Source: Nitrospirae bacterium JdFR-81
Lineage (GTDB): Bacteria > Nitrospirota > Thermodesulfovibrionia > UBA6902
DNA length: 64,000 bases
Assembly: GCA_002011735.1 (NCBI GenBank)
Contig: MTOQ01000012.1
Coordinates: forward strand, 2,259 to 66,258
Direction: 5' to 3'
Shown: piece after piece, positions 22,058-32,820 of the stretch
How the letters are laid out: every line of letters starts with the position of its first letter
How positions within the stretch are numbered: position 1 is the first letter of the stretch
Program-made: the position numbers and the translations under genes
The notes under the pieces: generated by a model
Seen by the model: only the letters and a program-made list of their open reading frames with translations
Told to the model about the DNA's origin: nothing
Database searches by the model: none

Positions 22058-23959
22058 ATGATATCCAGAAGGCTAAAGAACCTCATCCTGTTGAAGGATT
22101 TCCCCATCCGACAAAAACTCCTCTTCTTTGCAATAGGTGGATTATGGTGGTTACTCATCATCTCCATCGTCTCTATTGGTGCAATCACCTATGTGAAGCA
22201 CCTGTCAAAGAGGTTGACGGACGAGGTATCCCCTCAGATCCAGACCGTGCAGAAGGCCATAATAAAACTGAGAGGGGCCAATGTCTCTGTCCACAATCTT
22301 GCGATATACAGGGATGAGAACTTCCTAAAGGCCAACGCAAAGAGGGCCGATACCCTCCTCAACCAGGTAAACGCCTATCTCCATGCACTCCTTGAGGGTG
22401 GGGAGATAAAGGACTACTCAGACCTCACAGGGGAGTTGATAGAGGAGTTCGGTGTTGCCCCTGTAAAGGACAGAGAGGCCACAGAGAATTACATAAAGGG
22501 TGCCTTAGAGAATAACAAAAGGCTACGATCCATCATAGATGAGCTGACCCCTGTATCATTGAACGCAATAAAGAATGGCAGGCTCTCTGAAGGCGAAGAG
22601 GAATTCATCAGGAACGGGATTGACAAATATGACCTGATAACCATGCGGTCAGTAACCAGCCTCAGCAAACTCACCTCATACCTGTCAGTATCACAGAAGG
22701 GTTATGTCAGGAGGATAAACTCTGTTATATATGCAACCACCCTGATAGTGGTTATCGTGGTGGTGATAGCCATAACCCTGCTGTTCATTACCAACTACTT
22801 TGTCACCGCCTCTATGACAAGGCCCATCAGGGCCATAACAGAACAGATAAAGGACCTCTCAGAGGGTGAGATCGACCTCTCAAGACAGATAACCGTGGAC
22901 TCAAAGGACGAGATCGGGGAGCTCTCGACCAATTTTAACCTCCTCATGCATACAATCCATGATATAAATAACTTCAAGAAGGTGATCGAGGAGGATGACG
23001 AACTTGAGGATGTATACCACAGGATAGCAAAGGTCTTGAGGGAGGACTTAAAGATTGATGACTTCATCATCTATGAGGTGTCAAACAGCAAGAACATCAT
23101 GCGCATCGTTGAAACAACCTTCAAGGGAGAGGAGATGCCATGCAGTAAGGAGATACTGATAAACTGTAGCCTCTGCAGATCGAACAAGACCGGCCATATC
23201 ATCTCATCCCTCACATATCCTCATATATGCAAGCAGTTCCTACGGTCAGAGGGGTTCTATCACACCTGTATACCGATGATAAGCGGTGGTGGGACAGGCG
23301 GGGTGGTGCTCTTCATGTTTGATAAGGATAACAGGGACATAGAGGCCATTAATAAGAGGATAATGAGGGCACAGCAATACATAAAAGAGGCCATCCCTGT
23401 TATAGAGGCCAAAAGGCTCACAGGCGTCCTCAGGGAATCGTCTGTCAAGGATCAGCTAACAGGCCTGTATAACAGGAGGTTCCTTGAAGAATATGTGGAC
23501 ACCCTCGTGGCAAGGATAACCAGGAAGAATGAGCTGCTTGGTCTTTTGATGTGTGACCTCGACTTCTTTAAAGAGATAAATGACAGATTCGGACATGATG
23601 TGGGTGATGCGGTGTTAAAGGAGACGGCAAACATCATATCAAAGAACACAAGGGCATCTGACCTTGTTGTGAGGTTCGGAGGGGAGGAGTTCCTCGTAAT
23701 ACTGGTGGATGAAAAGGGCAACGAGGCGATAGATGTTGCAGAGAGGATAAGGCAGAGTGTTGAGGGGCACAGGATCAGGGTATCAGGGGCCATTATCCAG
23801 AAGACGATAAGTATCGGTGTCAGTGAGTTTCCGGCAGATACCCAGAACTTCTGGGAGGCGATCAAATATGCGGATATAGCCCTTTATAAGGCAAAGGAGT
23901 CGGGCAGGAACAGGGTCGTGAGGTTCAAGAAGGAGATGTGGACTGAGAAGGAATATTAG
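22058..23959 (+). CDS. Membrane sensor diguanylate cyclase (periplasmic sensor, HAMP, GAF-like domain, GGDEF with I-site)
   Basis: 633 aa. Two TM segments flank an extracytoplasmic domain of about 170 aa, followed by a HAMP domain and a central domain containing CSKEILINCSLC. The GGDEF domain has an RASD I-site 5 residues before GGEEF. ATG with AACGGAG RBS. Confidence 0.85.
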   Translation: MISRRLKNLILLKDFPIRQKLLFFAIGGLWWLLIISIVSIGAITYVKHLSKRLTDEVSPQIQTVQKAIIKLRGANVSVHNLAIYRDENFLKANAKRADTLLNQVNAYLHALLEGGEIKDYSDLTGELIEEFGVAPVKDREATENYIKGALENNKRLRSIIDELTPVSLNAIKNGRLSEGEEEFIRNGIDKYDLITMRSVTSLSKLTSYLSVSQKGYVRRINSVIYATTLIVVIVVVIAITLLFITNYFVTASMTRPIRAITEQIKDLSEGEIDLSRQITVDSKDEIGELSTNFNLLMHTIHDINNFKKVIEEDDELEDVYHRIAKVLREDLKIDDFIIYEVSNSKNIMRIVETTFKGEEMPCSKEILINCSLCRSNKTGHIISSLTYPHICKQFLRSEGFYHTCIPMISGGGTGGVVLFMFDKDNRDIEAINKRIMRAQQYIKEAIPVIEAKRLTGVLRESSVKDQLTGLYNRRFLEEYVDTLVARITRKNELLGLLMCDLDFFKEINDRFGHDVGDAVLKETANIISKNTRASDLVVRFGGEEFLVILVDEKGNEAIDVAERIRQSVEGHRIRVSGAIIQKTISIGVSEFPADTQNFWEAIKYADIALYKAKESGRNRVVRFKKEMWTEKEY

Positions 23960-23961
23960 GA

Positions 23962-25254
23962 TTACTTAAAGACCCTTTTAAATATATAATCCACATTCTT
24001 TGTGTAATACGAGAGATCGAATATCTCCTCTATCTCATCCTCTGTGAGATACTTCCTTATGAGGATGTCCCTCTTCAGCAGCTCCCTGAACTCCCTCCTC
24101 TGCCTCCAGCTCTGCATGGCCCTCCTCTGGACAAGGCGATATGCATTCTCACGACTCAGTCCCTTCTCAACGAGCCTGAGCAACACCCTCTGCGAACAGT
24201 AGAGTCCATAACTCCTGTTGATATTCTCCAGCATCCTGTCAGGATAGACATGCAGGCCCCTGAGTATCCCCGTGAGCCTTGTGAGCATGTAATCAACAAG
24301 GATGGTGCTATCAGGGATTATGATCCTCTCAACAGATGAATGGCTGATATCCCTCTCATGCCAGAGGGGTATATTCTCCAGCCCTGCCATGGCATTCGAC
24401 CTGACGACCCTTGCAAGACCACTAAGGTTCTCACATCCAACAGGGTTCCTCTTGTGGGGCATCGCAGATGAGCCCTTCTGCCCCTTTTCAAATGGCTCCT
24501 CGGCCTCAAGCACCTCTGTCCTCTGGAGGTGCCTTATCTCCACAGCGATCTTCTCTATTGTCGAGGCGATCATGGCAAGGGCATTCAGGAACTCTGCGTG
24601 TCTGTCTCTCTGGATAATCTGGGTTGATACAGGGGCAGGTTTGAGTTTGAGTTTCTTGCAGACATACCTCTCCACAAAGGGAGGAACACTGGAGAAGTTC
24701 CCGACAGGGCCGGATAGCTTCCCATAACTGATATTCTCTCTGGCATTCCTCAGGCGGACGAGGTTCCTGCCCATCTCCTCATACCAGAGCGCGAATATCA
24801 GACCGAATGATGTGGGTTCTGCATGGATACCGTGGCTCCTGCCCATCCTGATCGTGTCCTTGTACTTAAAGGCCTTCCTCTTCAACACCTCCCGCAGTTC
24901 CTTTATATCCCTGATTATCAGGTCCGCAGCCTCCCTCATGAGTAGGGCGAGGGATGTATCGAGTATATCCGAGGATGTAAGGCCCTTGTGTATATATCGA
25001 GCATCAGGTCCCACATTCTCTGCAACAGAGGTGAGAAACGCTATGACATCGTGTTTGACCCGTTGCTCTATCTTCTCTATCCTCTTTATGTCAAACCTTG
25101 CCCTCTTCTTTATCGTGTTAAGGCTCCTGGGGGGTATCTCACCAAGTCTCGCCCATGCCTCGCATGCGGCGATCTCCACCTCGAGCCATTTCCTGAACCT
25201 GTTCTCAGGCTCCCATATCCTTGCCATCTCCGGCCTTGTGTATCGTGGTATCAT
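23962..25254 (-). CDS. purB: Adenylosuccinate lyase
   Basis: 430 aa with the fumarate-lyase signature (GSSAMPHKRNP) and the conserved N-terminus MIPRYTRPEM. Confidence 0.9.
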   Translation of the reverse strand: MIPRYTRPEMARIWEPENRFRKWLEVEIAACEAWARLGEIPPRSLNTIKKRARFDIKRIEKIEQRVKHDVIAFLTSVAENVGPDARYIHKGLTSSDILDTSLALLMREAADLIIRDIKELREVLKRKAFKYKDTIRMGRSHGIHAEPTSFGLIFALWYEEMGRNLVRLRNARENISYGKLSGPVGNFSSVPPFVERYVCKKLKLKPAPVSTQIIQRDRHAEFLNALAMIASTIEKIAVEIRHLQRTEVLEAEEPFEKGQKGSSAMPHKRNPVGCENLSGLARVVRSNAMAGLENIPLWHERDISHSSVERIIIPDSTILVDYMLTRLTGILRGLHVYPDRMLENINRSYGLYCSQRVLLRLVEKGLSRENAYRLVQRRAMQSWRQRREFRELLKRDILIRKYLTEDEIEEIFDLSYYTKNVDYIFKRVFK

Positions 25255-25329
25255 AGCTACTCCCCTCTCTGTTCAATATTGGTTATGCAAGGTCTGATAC
25301 CCTGCACCATCTGCCCATGTAACCTGATA

Positions 25330-26058
25330 TTATAACCCCTTTGAGAGTCTCTCGATGAGATATCCTGGCAGCCCTGCCCTCTTCATCTTCTCCTGGGTGG
25401 ATACTATATCATAAGGAATCCTCTTAATCTCAATCCTGCGATCATCAAATAGGGCGTATGAGGCATCAGGGTTGCCATCCCTCGGCTGACCGACACTCCC
25501 GACATTCACGATGTATCTACACCCATCCCTCAGCTCAACCCGATCCCTGTATATAAGGATCTCCCCCTTTGGATCCATCTCTATTATCACCGGTTGGTGG
25601 CTGTGGCCTATAAAGCATATCCTCTCGTCAAACAGATGGAAATTCACATAGGCATCCCATGTGGTGAGGAGATAATGCCACTGCTCTGGCTCCTTTGGTG
25701 TTGAATGGACGAGGTAGATGCCCTGATCCTTCAGCCTCGCAGACACAGGGAGGCTATCAAGGAAGGCCTTATCCTCATCGCTCAGCACCTCCTGGGTCCA
25801 CTCAACCGCGGCACGCGCATAGGGGTTGAAGTAACTGACATCGGTCCTCCCTGTAACCGCACGGTCATGATTCCCTGCAAGGATGATGCTGGACTCCTCT
25901 TTTATTATCCTTATACATTCCGAGGGGTCAGGCCCATAGCCAACGCTATCGCCAAGAAAGAACACATCACCCTTCTCGTGGTGGGTCCTGATATCCTCAA
26001 GCACTGCCATAAGTGCCTCAAGATTTCCGTGCACATCCGACAATATAATGAACTGCAT
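25330..26058 (-). CDS. Calcineurin-like metallophosphoesterase (YfcE/MJ0936-like)
   Basis: Motifs DVHGN, GDxVGYG, GNHD and GHSH. 242 aa. Confidence 0.75.
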   Translation of the reverse strand: MQFIILSDVHGNLEALMAVLEDIRTHHEKGDVFFLGDSVGYGPDPSECIRIIKEESSIILAGNHDRAVTGRTDVSYFNPYARAAVEWTQEVLSDEDKAFLDSLPVSARLKDQGIYLVHSTPKEPEQWHYLLTTWDAYVNFHLFDERICFIGHSHQPVIIEMDPKGEILIYRDRVELRDGCRYIVNVGSVGQPRDGNPDASYALFDDRRIEIKRIPYDIVSTQEKMKRAGLPGYLIERLSKGL

Positions 26059-26059
26059 C

Positions 26060-26470
26060 CTAAGCCCTGATCCTGCTCTGCTGGATCCTGTCCAGGACCC
26101 CGTTTATAAATCGATATGAGTCCTCTGTGGAGTATTTCTTTGCCAGCTCGATCGCCTCATTGATGGCAACTGAGGGCGGGATATCAGGCCTGTAGAGGAG
26201 CTCATAGGTGGCTGCCCTGAGTATGTTACGATCTATCACGGGCATCCTCTCAAGCTCCCAGTGTTCGGTGGCATCCCTTATCAGGGAGTCTATTGTATCA
26301 AGATGCCCTATCGTCCCCCTCACTATGGAATCGGCAAAGTCCCTAACCTCACTATCCTCCTTGTTCCCTTCCCAGAATTCGTCTAACAACTCATCACTCA
26401 GCCTGTCGCCTGTTATGTCAAGCTGGAATAAAAGCTGGAGGGCGTATTCCCTTGCTCGTCGTCGCTTCAT
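26060..26470 (-). CDS. nusB: Transcription antitermination factor NusB
   Basis: 136 aa with the NusB N-terminus ([16 protein letters not shown]). It sits downstream of ribH, as in many bacteria. Confidence 0.85.
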   Translation of the reverse strand: MKRRRAREYALQLLFQLDITGDRLSDELLDEFWEGNKEDSEVRDFADSIVRGTIGHLDTIDSLIRDATEHWELERMPVIDRNILRAATYELLYRPDIPPSVAINEAIELAKKYSTEDSYRFINGVLDRIQQSRIRA

Positions 26471-26475
26471 CTAAC

Positions 26476-26937
26476 CTACAACTTCTTAAGCAATTGTGCC
26501 ATCTCGATGGCGGTAAGCGCAGCATCCCAGCCCTTGTTCCCGCTCTTTGTCCCTGCCCTCTCAACGGCCTGCTCGATGGTATCAGCGGTGATCACTCCAA
26601 AGGCCACAGGGATGCCTGTCTCAAGAGAGACCATGGCGATACCCTTTGCCGTCTCAGAGGCCACATACTCAAAGTGAGGGGTTGCACCCCTTATGATGGT
26701 CCCGAGGCAGATTATTGAATCGTATGAACCCCTCTGTGCAACCCTCTTTGCAATGAGCGGGATCTCGAATGAACCAGGCACCCTGATTATCTCTATATTA
26801 TCCTCATCTGCACCGTGCCGTAGAAGGGCGTCCATTGCGCCGTCAAGCAGCCTCTGGGTTATGAACTCGTTGAACCTGCTCACTATGATCGCAAATTTAA
26901 GTCCCTGTGCATTGAGTTCTCCCTCTAACCTCTTCAT
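26476..26937 (-). CDS. ribH: 6,7-dimethyl-8-ribityllumazine synthase
   Basis: 153 aa lumazine synthase fold ([14 protein letters not shown]..., [10 protein letters not shown]...). Confidence 0.9.
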   Translation of the reverse strand: MKRLEGELNAQGLKFAIIVSRFNEFITQRLLDGAMDALLRHGADEDNIEIIRVPGSFEIPLIAKRVAQRGSYDSIICLGTIIRGATPHFEYVASETAKGIAMVSLETGIPVAFGVITADTIEQAVERAGTKSGNKGWDAALTAIEMAQLLKKL

Positions 26938-26949
26938 GTGACAACCTCC

Positions 26950-28167
26950 TTATACATTCTCGAGCATATGCCCAAGCTTTTTCTTCTTTGTCCTGAGATA
27001 ATGGATATTCCTCCTGTGTGGCTTTATCTCAAGGGGCACCCTCTCAACGATCTGGAGGCCATAGCCTTCAAGACCGATGATCTTTGTGGGGTTGTTGGTT
27101 ATCAGACGCATCTTCCTGACACCAAGACTGACCAGTATCTGCGCGCCGATACCGTAATCTCTGAGGTCGGGCTTGAAGCCCAGCTTGACATTCGCCTCAA
27201 CGGTATCCAGGCCCTTATCCTGCAGGGCATATGCCTTTATCTTGTTGGAGAGACCGATCCCCCTCCCCTCCTGTCTCATGTAGAGCAGGACACCTTTGCC
27301 CTCCTTCCTTATCATCTCCATGGCCTTACGAAGCTGGCTACCGCAGTCACACCTCTTTGAACTGAAGACATCACCTGTCAGACATTCTGAATGGACCCTC
27401 ACAAGGACCTCGTCATCAGGTGTTATCTTGCCCTTGACAAGAGCGATGTGTTCAGACTTATCGATTATATTACCGAACACGATGGCCCTGAACTCACCTC
27501 CATACTTCGTGGGGATATCTGCCTCTGCAACCCTGTGGACGAGGCACTCGTTCCTCATCCTGTATTCAATAAGATCCTTTATGGTTATGATCTTCAGGCC
27601 ATGCTTACGGGCAAACTTCATGAGCTGCGGGACCCTTGCCATCGTGCCGTCATCATTCATAATCTCGCATATGACCCCTGCAGGATACAGCCCTGCGAGT
27701 CTGGCAAGGTCAACAGAGCCCTCGGTCTGACCTGCACGCTGGAGGACTCCTCCTGGCCTTGCCCTGAGCGGGAACACATGGCCTGGTGAGACAAGGTCTT
27801 CGGCCTTCTTCTTCGGGTCTATTGCGGTCAGGATGGTCTTTGCCCTGTCTGCAGCAGAGATCCCTGTTGTCACCCCCTCCTTTGCCTCGATAGAGACGGT
27901 AAAGGCCGTGCCGAACCTTGACTTATTGACATCCACCATCATGGGTAGCTTCAGCTCCTCCACCCTCTCTGGGGTGAGGGACAGACATATCAGGCCACGA
28001 CCGTATTTTGCCATGAAGTTTATGGCCTCGGGAGTAACCTTCTCAGCCGCTATGGTGAGGTCGCCCTCGTTCTCCCTGTCCTCATCATCGACGAGGATGA
28101 CCATCTTGCCCTTTCTTATGTCCTCTATCGCCTCTTCAATCGTGTTGAACTTATACTTGCTATGCAT
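26950..28167 (-). CDS. ribBA: Bifunctional 3,4-dihydroxy-2-butanone-4-phosphate synthase / GTP cyclohydrolase II
   Basis: 405 aa. The DHBP synthase motif is [14 protein letters not shown] cyclohydrolase II has CxCG in CDCG and a Zn site [16 protein letters not shown]. Confidence 0.9.
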   Translation of the reverse strand: MHSKYKFNTIEEAIEDIRKGKMVILVDDEDRENEGDLTIAAEKVTPEAINFMAKYGRGLICLSLTPERVEELKLPMMVDVNKSRFGTAFTVSIEAKEGVTTGISAADRAKTILTAIDPKKKAEDLVSPGHVFPLRARPGGVLQRAGQTEGSVDLARLAGLYPAGVICEIMNDDGTMARVPQLMKFARKHGLKIITIKDLIEYRMRNECLVHRVAEADIPTKYGGEFRAIVFGNIIDKSEHIALVKGKITPDDEVLVRVHSECLTGDVFSSKRCDCGSQLRKAMEMIRKEGKGVLLYMRQEGRGIGLSNKIKAYALQDKGLDTVEANVKLGFKPDLRDYGIGAQILVSLGVRKMRLITNNPTKIIGLEGYGLQIVERVPLEIKPHRRNIHYLRTKKKKLGHMLENV

Positions 28168-28201
28168 ATCTCATATCCCTATCCATGTGTATAGGTTTCC
28201 C

Positions 28202-28837
28202 TCAGGCAAACCCCTCCTTCCTGAGCAATTCCATCAGGCCATCGCCCTTCTCCCTCTGGCCCATCAGCCTCTCTATATATTTACCTATTATATCAACTTC
28301 TATATTAACTTTATCGCCCGCACCCTTCTGCCCAATGTTTGTCACCTTCATGGTATGGGGTATTATGGCCACGCTGAATGTCCTGTTATCAAGCGCTGTA
28401 ACAGTAAGACTGATGCCATCAACAGCCACAGAGCCCTTCACCACCACATACCTCAATATATCCATCGGCGCCTCAAACCTGTACAATGTATACTCACCCT
28501 CTCTCCTCCTCTCGATTATCCTGCCAATACCATCCACATGGCCTGTTACGAGATGACCGCCAAGCCTGTCACCCAGCCTGAGGGCACGTTCCAGGTTGAC
28601 CCTGTCCCTGACCTTGAGCTCTCCAAGGTTGGTGCTCCTCAGTGTCTCAGGCGATACATTAAAAAGCATTTCGGGCACTTTGCTGACAACCGTGAGGCAG
28701 ACACCATTAACCGAGACGCTGTCACCTATCCGGACATCAAATCCTGACTCAGGACTTACACAGAGGTCGATACCCCTGCCAGCCTTTTTCAGGGCAGTAA
28801 CGATGCCTGTGGTCTCCACAATCCCTGTGAACATCAC
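28202..28837 (-). CDS. ribE: Riboflavin synthase alpha chain
   Basis: MFTGIVE N-terminus and duplicated lumazine-binding halves. 211 aa. Confidence 0.85.
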   Translation of the reverse strand: MMFTGIVETTGIVTALKKAGRGIDLCVSPESGFDVRIGDSVSVNGVCLTVVSKVPEMLFNVSPETLRSTNLGELKVRDRVNLERALRLGDRLGGHLVTGHVDGIGRIIERRREGEYTLYRFEAPMDILRYVVVKGSVAVDGISLTVTALDNRTFSVAIIPHTMKVTNIGQKGAGDKVNIEVDIIGKYIERLMGQREKGDGLMELLRKEGFA

Positions 28838-29157
28838 TCACCTGTGTAGATGGAGAAGTAAAAGGTCTTCTCGTAGATATTCAGGAAATTCACCCTTTCC
28901 TGCCACGATGCCTCTATATAAACCTTATGATCCATGCGCGTAATTGCTATATCATCCTCATCGATTGGGACATTGTATTCCCGCACCTTCTCCATAATCT
29001 TCTCCATCAGGTCCTCCTGGCGCATGGTTCCACCAATCCTTGCAAGCTCTGCCAGGTCGCTCTTAAACGCATAATAGTGGTATAAAGGTGGGGCGAATAC
29101 AAAACCACCATAGACGAGCAGGGCAATGACCAGGATTATCAAGAGTTTCTTAGCCAT
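28834..29157 (-). CDS. Small membrane-anchored protein of unknown function (possibly DUF4845-like, often found next to lepB)
   Basis: N-terminal TM (MAKKLLIILVIALLVYGGFVF) followed by a soluble domain of about 80 aa. The track start at 29190 is probably too long. The ATG at 29157 lies just downstream of lepB. Confidence 0.5.
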   Translation of the reverse strand: MAKKLLIILVIALLVYGGFVFAPPLYHYYAFKSDLAELARIGGTMRQEDLMEKIMEKVREYNVPIDEDDIAITRMDHKVYIEASWQERVNFLNIYEKTFYFSIYTGE

Positions 29158-29205
29158 CCTGCACCTCCTATAATAACGAGGCCCCTCCATCAGGAAGGGC
29201 CCTAT

Positions 29206-29922
29206 CTAATGGATCAGGTGCCCTATCCTTCCCCATCTGACCTTGTCTAAAAGGCCACCATTCTTGTTCCATGACCAGTATATTATGATGGCCTCTCCCT
29301 TTATATCGTCTATATCGACAAAACCCCAGAAACGGCTGTCATAACTCTGGTCTCGGTTATCACCCATGACAAAGAACTTGTTCCTTGGCACGACCACAGG
29401 ACCGAAATTATCCCTTGGTGTGACATCCCTGCTGAGGACTGTATTATCCCTGTGAATTATGTAATCCTCTTTGAGCAGCACACCATTGACATACACCTTC
29501 TTGTCCCTTATCTCAACCCTATCGCCTCCCACAGCGATGACCCTCTTTATAAAGTCCCTGCAATCATCCTTGAATAGATAGAGCGGATTGCCACTGTCAA
29601 AGGCTGCCTCAAGCCTGTAGAGCAGATTGCCTGTGAGGCTCCTGCATTCCTCCTTCTCCCTGTTCTTTGGAAAGGAGAAGACGATGATATCCCCCCTTCT
29701 TGGCTGTCTGAAGATCAGAAAACGGCTGTCTGTAAAGGGCAACTTGATCCCGTAGATAAACTTATTCACAAGGATATGGTCACCCACAAGGAGCGTTGGC
29801 ACCATGGAGCTTGAAGGTATCTTGAATGCCTGGATCACAAACGCCCTTATCATCAGGGCGAGGACAACGGCTATAAGTATTGCTTCTACATATTCCCTGA
29901 ATCTCGACTTCCTCTTTACCAC
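29206..29922 (-). CDS. lepB: Signal peptidase I
   Basis: Motifs SSSMVPTL (catalytic Ser box), the Lys box and GDNRDQSYDSRFWG. 238 aa. Confidence 0.85.
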   Translation of the reverse strand: MVKRKSRFREYVEAILIAVVLALMIRAFVIQAFKIPSSSMVPTLLVGDHILVNKFIYGIKLPFTDSRFLIFRQPRRGDIIVFSFPKNREKEECRSLTGNLLYRLEAAFDSGNPLYLFKDDCRDFIKRVIAVGGDRVEIRDKKVYVNGVLLKEDYIIHRDNTVLSRDVTPRDNFGPVVVPRNKFFVMGDNRDQSYDSRFWGFVDIDDIKGEAIIIYWSWNKNGGLLDKVRWGRIGHLIH

Positions 29923-29938
29923 ACCCTCTCTCCTCTAA

Positions 29939-31729
29939 CTATCTTACCTGAAGGACGGATATAAAGGCCTCCTGAGGCAACGCCACCTTCCCGACCTGCT
30001 TCATCCTCCGTTTGCCCTCCTTCTGCTTCTCAAGGAGCTTCCTCTTCCTCGTCACATCACCACCATAGCACTTTGCGGTCACATTCTTCCTCAGTGGTTT
30101 TATGCTCTGCCTGGCTATGATCTTGCTACCTATTGCCGCCTGTATCACCACCTCAAAGAGCTGTCTCGGTATGACGCCCCTCAACCTCTCAACGACCTCC
30201 CTCCCCTTCTGATACGCCTTCTCCCTGTGGACTATCATGGAGAGTGCATCCACCGCCTCTCCGTTCAGGAGTATCTCTATCCTCACAAGTTCAGACCTCC
30301 TGTAACCGATGAACTCATATTCAAGGGAGGCGTATCCACTTGAATATGATTTTAATTTATCATAAAAATCCCATAAAATCTCACTGAGCGGCAGCTCATA
30401 TGTCAGTGCCACCCTGTCCCTTCCTATGTAATTGAACCCCTTCTGGATGCCCCTCTTCTGCTGGCAGAGCTCGATTATCCTGCCCACAAAGCCTGAGGGA
30501 ACAAAGATCACCGCCTTTACAAATGGCTCTTCTATATACTCATGCCTGTGTGGAAGTTTTGCAGGGCTATCGATATATACAACCCTCCCACCCTGCACTG
30601 TAACCCTGTAAATCACCGTAGGGGCGGTATTCAGGAGTGAAAGCCCGAACTCCCTCTCAAGCCTCTCCTTTATTATCTCCATGTGCAAAAGCCCGAGGAA
30701 ACCACATCTGAAGCCAAAGCCGAGGGCGATCGATGTCTCTGGCTCATATGTAAAAGATGAATCATTAAGCCTGAGCTTTGAGAGGGCGTCCTTAAGGGCC
30801 ATATACTGGCCTGACTCTGTTGGATAGAGACCACAGAAGACCATGGGTTTAACCTCCCTGTAGCCAGGGCATGGCTCATCCGTGGGTCTTTCGGCATCGG
30901 TTATGGTGTCACCAACCCTTGTATCTGATAGATCCCTTATCCCTGCCACTATATATCCAACATCCCCTGCCTCAAGGACATCAACCACCCTCTTCTTTGG
31001 TGTAAATACACCCACCTCCAGGACCTCATAGGATCTGCCTGTTGCCATCAGGAGTATCCTTGAACCCCTCCTCACCACCCCATCAAAGACCCTGACGAGC
31101 ACCACAACACCCTGATAGGTGTCAAACCAGGAGTCAAATATCAATGCCTTCAGCGGCCTCTCTTCATCACCCATAGGCGGTGGGACCCTCCTCACCACTG
31201 CCTCAAGCACATCCCTTACTCCGATACCCTTCTTGGCGGATACAAGGATCGCATCAGTACAGTCTATACCTATCGACTCCTCGATCTGCCTCTTTACATC
31301 CTCTGGTTCCGCATTATGGAGGTCTATCTTGTTAATGACAGGGATGATCTCGAGACCATGTTCAGCCGCAAGATAGGCATTCGCCATGGTCTGTGCCTCT
31401 ACCCCCTGTGTTGCATCAACAACAAGCAGTGCACCCTCACAGGATGCGAGACTCCTTGAGACCTCGTAGGCGAAATCGACATGCCCGGGCGTATCGATGA
31501 GATTCAATGTATAATCCCTGCCATCAAGTGCCCTGTAATTCAGCCTCACTGCGTGTGCCTTTATGGTTATACCCCTCTCCCTCTCAAGCTCCATGGAGTC
31601 CAGGACCTGCTCCTTCAACTCCGCTGGGGTGAGCGCACCTGTCAGTTCGAGTATACGGTCTGCAAGTGTGGATTTTCCGTGATCAATATGGGCGATTATG
31701 GAGAAGTTCCTGGTAAATGGTCTGGACAT
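29939..31729 (-). CDS. lepA: Elongation factor 4 (LepA)
   Basis: 596 aa with GTPase motifs [23 protein letters not shown] and NKID, plus the conserved LepA C-terminal domain. Confidence 0.9.
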   Translation of the reverse strand: MSRPFTRNFSIIAHIDHGKSTLADRILELTGALTPAELKEQVLDSMELERERGITIKAHAVRLNYRALDGRDYTLNLIDTPGHVDFAYEVSRSLASCEGALLVVDATQGVEAQTMANAYLAAEHGLEIIPVINKIDLHNAEPEDVKRQIEESIGIDCTDAILVSAKKGIGVRDVLEAVVRRVPPPMGDEERPLKALIFDSWFDTYQGVVVLVRVFDGVVRRGSRILLMATGRSYEVLEVGVFTPKKRVVDVLEAGDVGYIVAGIRDLSDTRVGDTITDAERPTDEPCPGYREVKPMVFCGLYPTESGQYMALKDALSKLRLNDSSFTYEPETSIALGFGFRCGFLGLLHMEIIKERLEREFGLSLLNTAPTVIYRVTVQGGRVVYIDSPAKLPHRHEYIEEPFVKAVIFVPSGFVGRIIELCQQKRGIQKGFNYIGRDRVALTYELPLSEILWDFYDKLKSYSSGYASLEYEFIGYRRSELVRIEILLNGEAVDALSMIVHREKAYQKGREVVERLRGVIPRQLFEVVIQAAIGSKIIARQSIKPLRKNVTAKCYGGDVTRKRKLLEKQKEGKRRMKQVGKVALPQEAFISVLQVR

Positions 31730-31733
31730 GGAA

Positions 31734-32705
31734 TCAAGAAGAGGCCCTTAAGGCGAGGCCGGCAGCCCCTATGGCACCGCCGTCATCCTGTAATCCGGAT
31801 TTCAGTATCCTTGTGCCTGCCGAAAGGTGTTTAAAGGCCCTTTTTGAGACCTCCTTCTTCAATTCCTCAATGAACAGGTCCCACGCACCCACAAGCCCCC
31901 CTCCAATAATCACGGCATCAGGGCTGAGGAGGTTTATCAGGTTCGCTACCCCTATACCAAGGTATTGGCCCGCCTCTTTGAAGACCTCCCTGCTGAGGCT
32001 GTCTCCCTCAAGGGCCATCTTATAAACATCTGCGGGTGTCAGTTTATAGAAATTACCACCACAGCATTCTGCCAGCATACTGTGTGTCCCCTTCTCAAGT
32101 GATGATGTTGCCCTGTCCACAACCGCCCTGCCTGATGCATAGGACTCAAGGCATCCCCAGCTCCCGCACGGACAGAACCGTCCATTCGGCTCTACAACCA
32201 TATGACCTATCTCCAGTGCACCCATATATATCTCACCCTTATAGATCAACCCTCCACCAAGGCCTGTGCCAAGGGTTATAACAATAAAATTATCTATCTC
32301 CCTTCCTGCACCGTTCCATCTCTCACCATAGGCATAGGCATTTGCATCATTGTCAAGCACAACAGGCATGGAGAATGCCCCCTGAAACACATCCCTTATC
32401 GGCATCCCGTCTATCGCCGATATATTGGGTGACTCGATAACCACTCCTTTTTTTGTATCAATTATACCTGCCACACCAAGCCCTATAGCAGTGATATCCG
32501 ATATGTCGATCCCCTGCTGTCTGGATTCCTCAAGAAAACCCCTGAGCACCCCGATCAACTTCTCCTCTATAGAAAGATCATCATCCTCGGAGACGGACGG
32601 GGTGGGGTATTTATTACCGAATACCTTCTTGCCGTCCTCTGATACAATAACCGCCTTTATGTTTGTCCCGCCGATATCAAGACCAACAGCGATCCTCATG
32701 GCCAT
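31734..32705 (-). CDS. ROK family sugar kinase (glucokinase-like)
   Basis: GLDIGGT ATP-binding motif and the ROK Zn motif [10 protein letters not shown]. 323 aa. Confidence 0.75.
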   Translation of the reverse strand: MAMRIAVGLDIGGTNIKAVIVSEDGKKVFGNKYPTPSVSEDDDLSIEEKLIGVLRGFLEESRQQGIDISDITAIGLGVAGIIDTKKGVVIESPNISAIDGMPIRDVFQGAFSMPVVLDNDANAYAYGERWNGAGREIDNFIVITLGTGLGGGLIYKGEIYMGALEIGHMVVEPNGRFCPCGSWGCLESYASGRAVVDRATSSLEKGTHSMLAECCGGNFYKLTPADVYKMALEGDSLSREVFKEAGQYLGIGVANLINLLSPDAVIIGGGLVGAWDLFIEELKKEVSKRAFKHLSAGTRILKSGLQDDGGAIGAAGLALRASS

Positions 32706-32820
32706 CTATCCCCCATTAATAACAGAAACTTATCTTATCACAATTAACAGCATGTGTAAAGGAATGGATATGGAATAACAGAGGCCGATCATCGTGTCTA
32801 TATGGTAAAATTATTATGGT

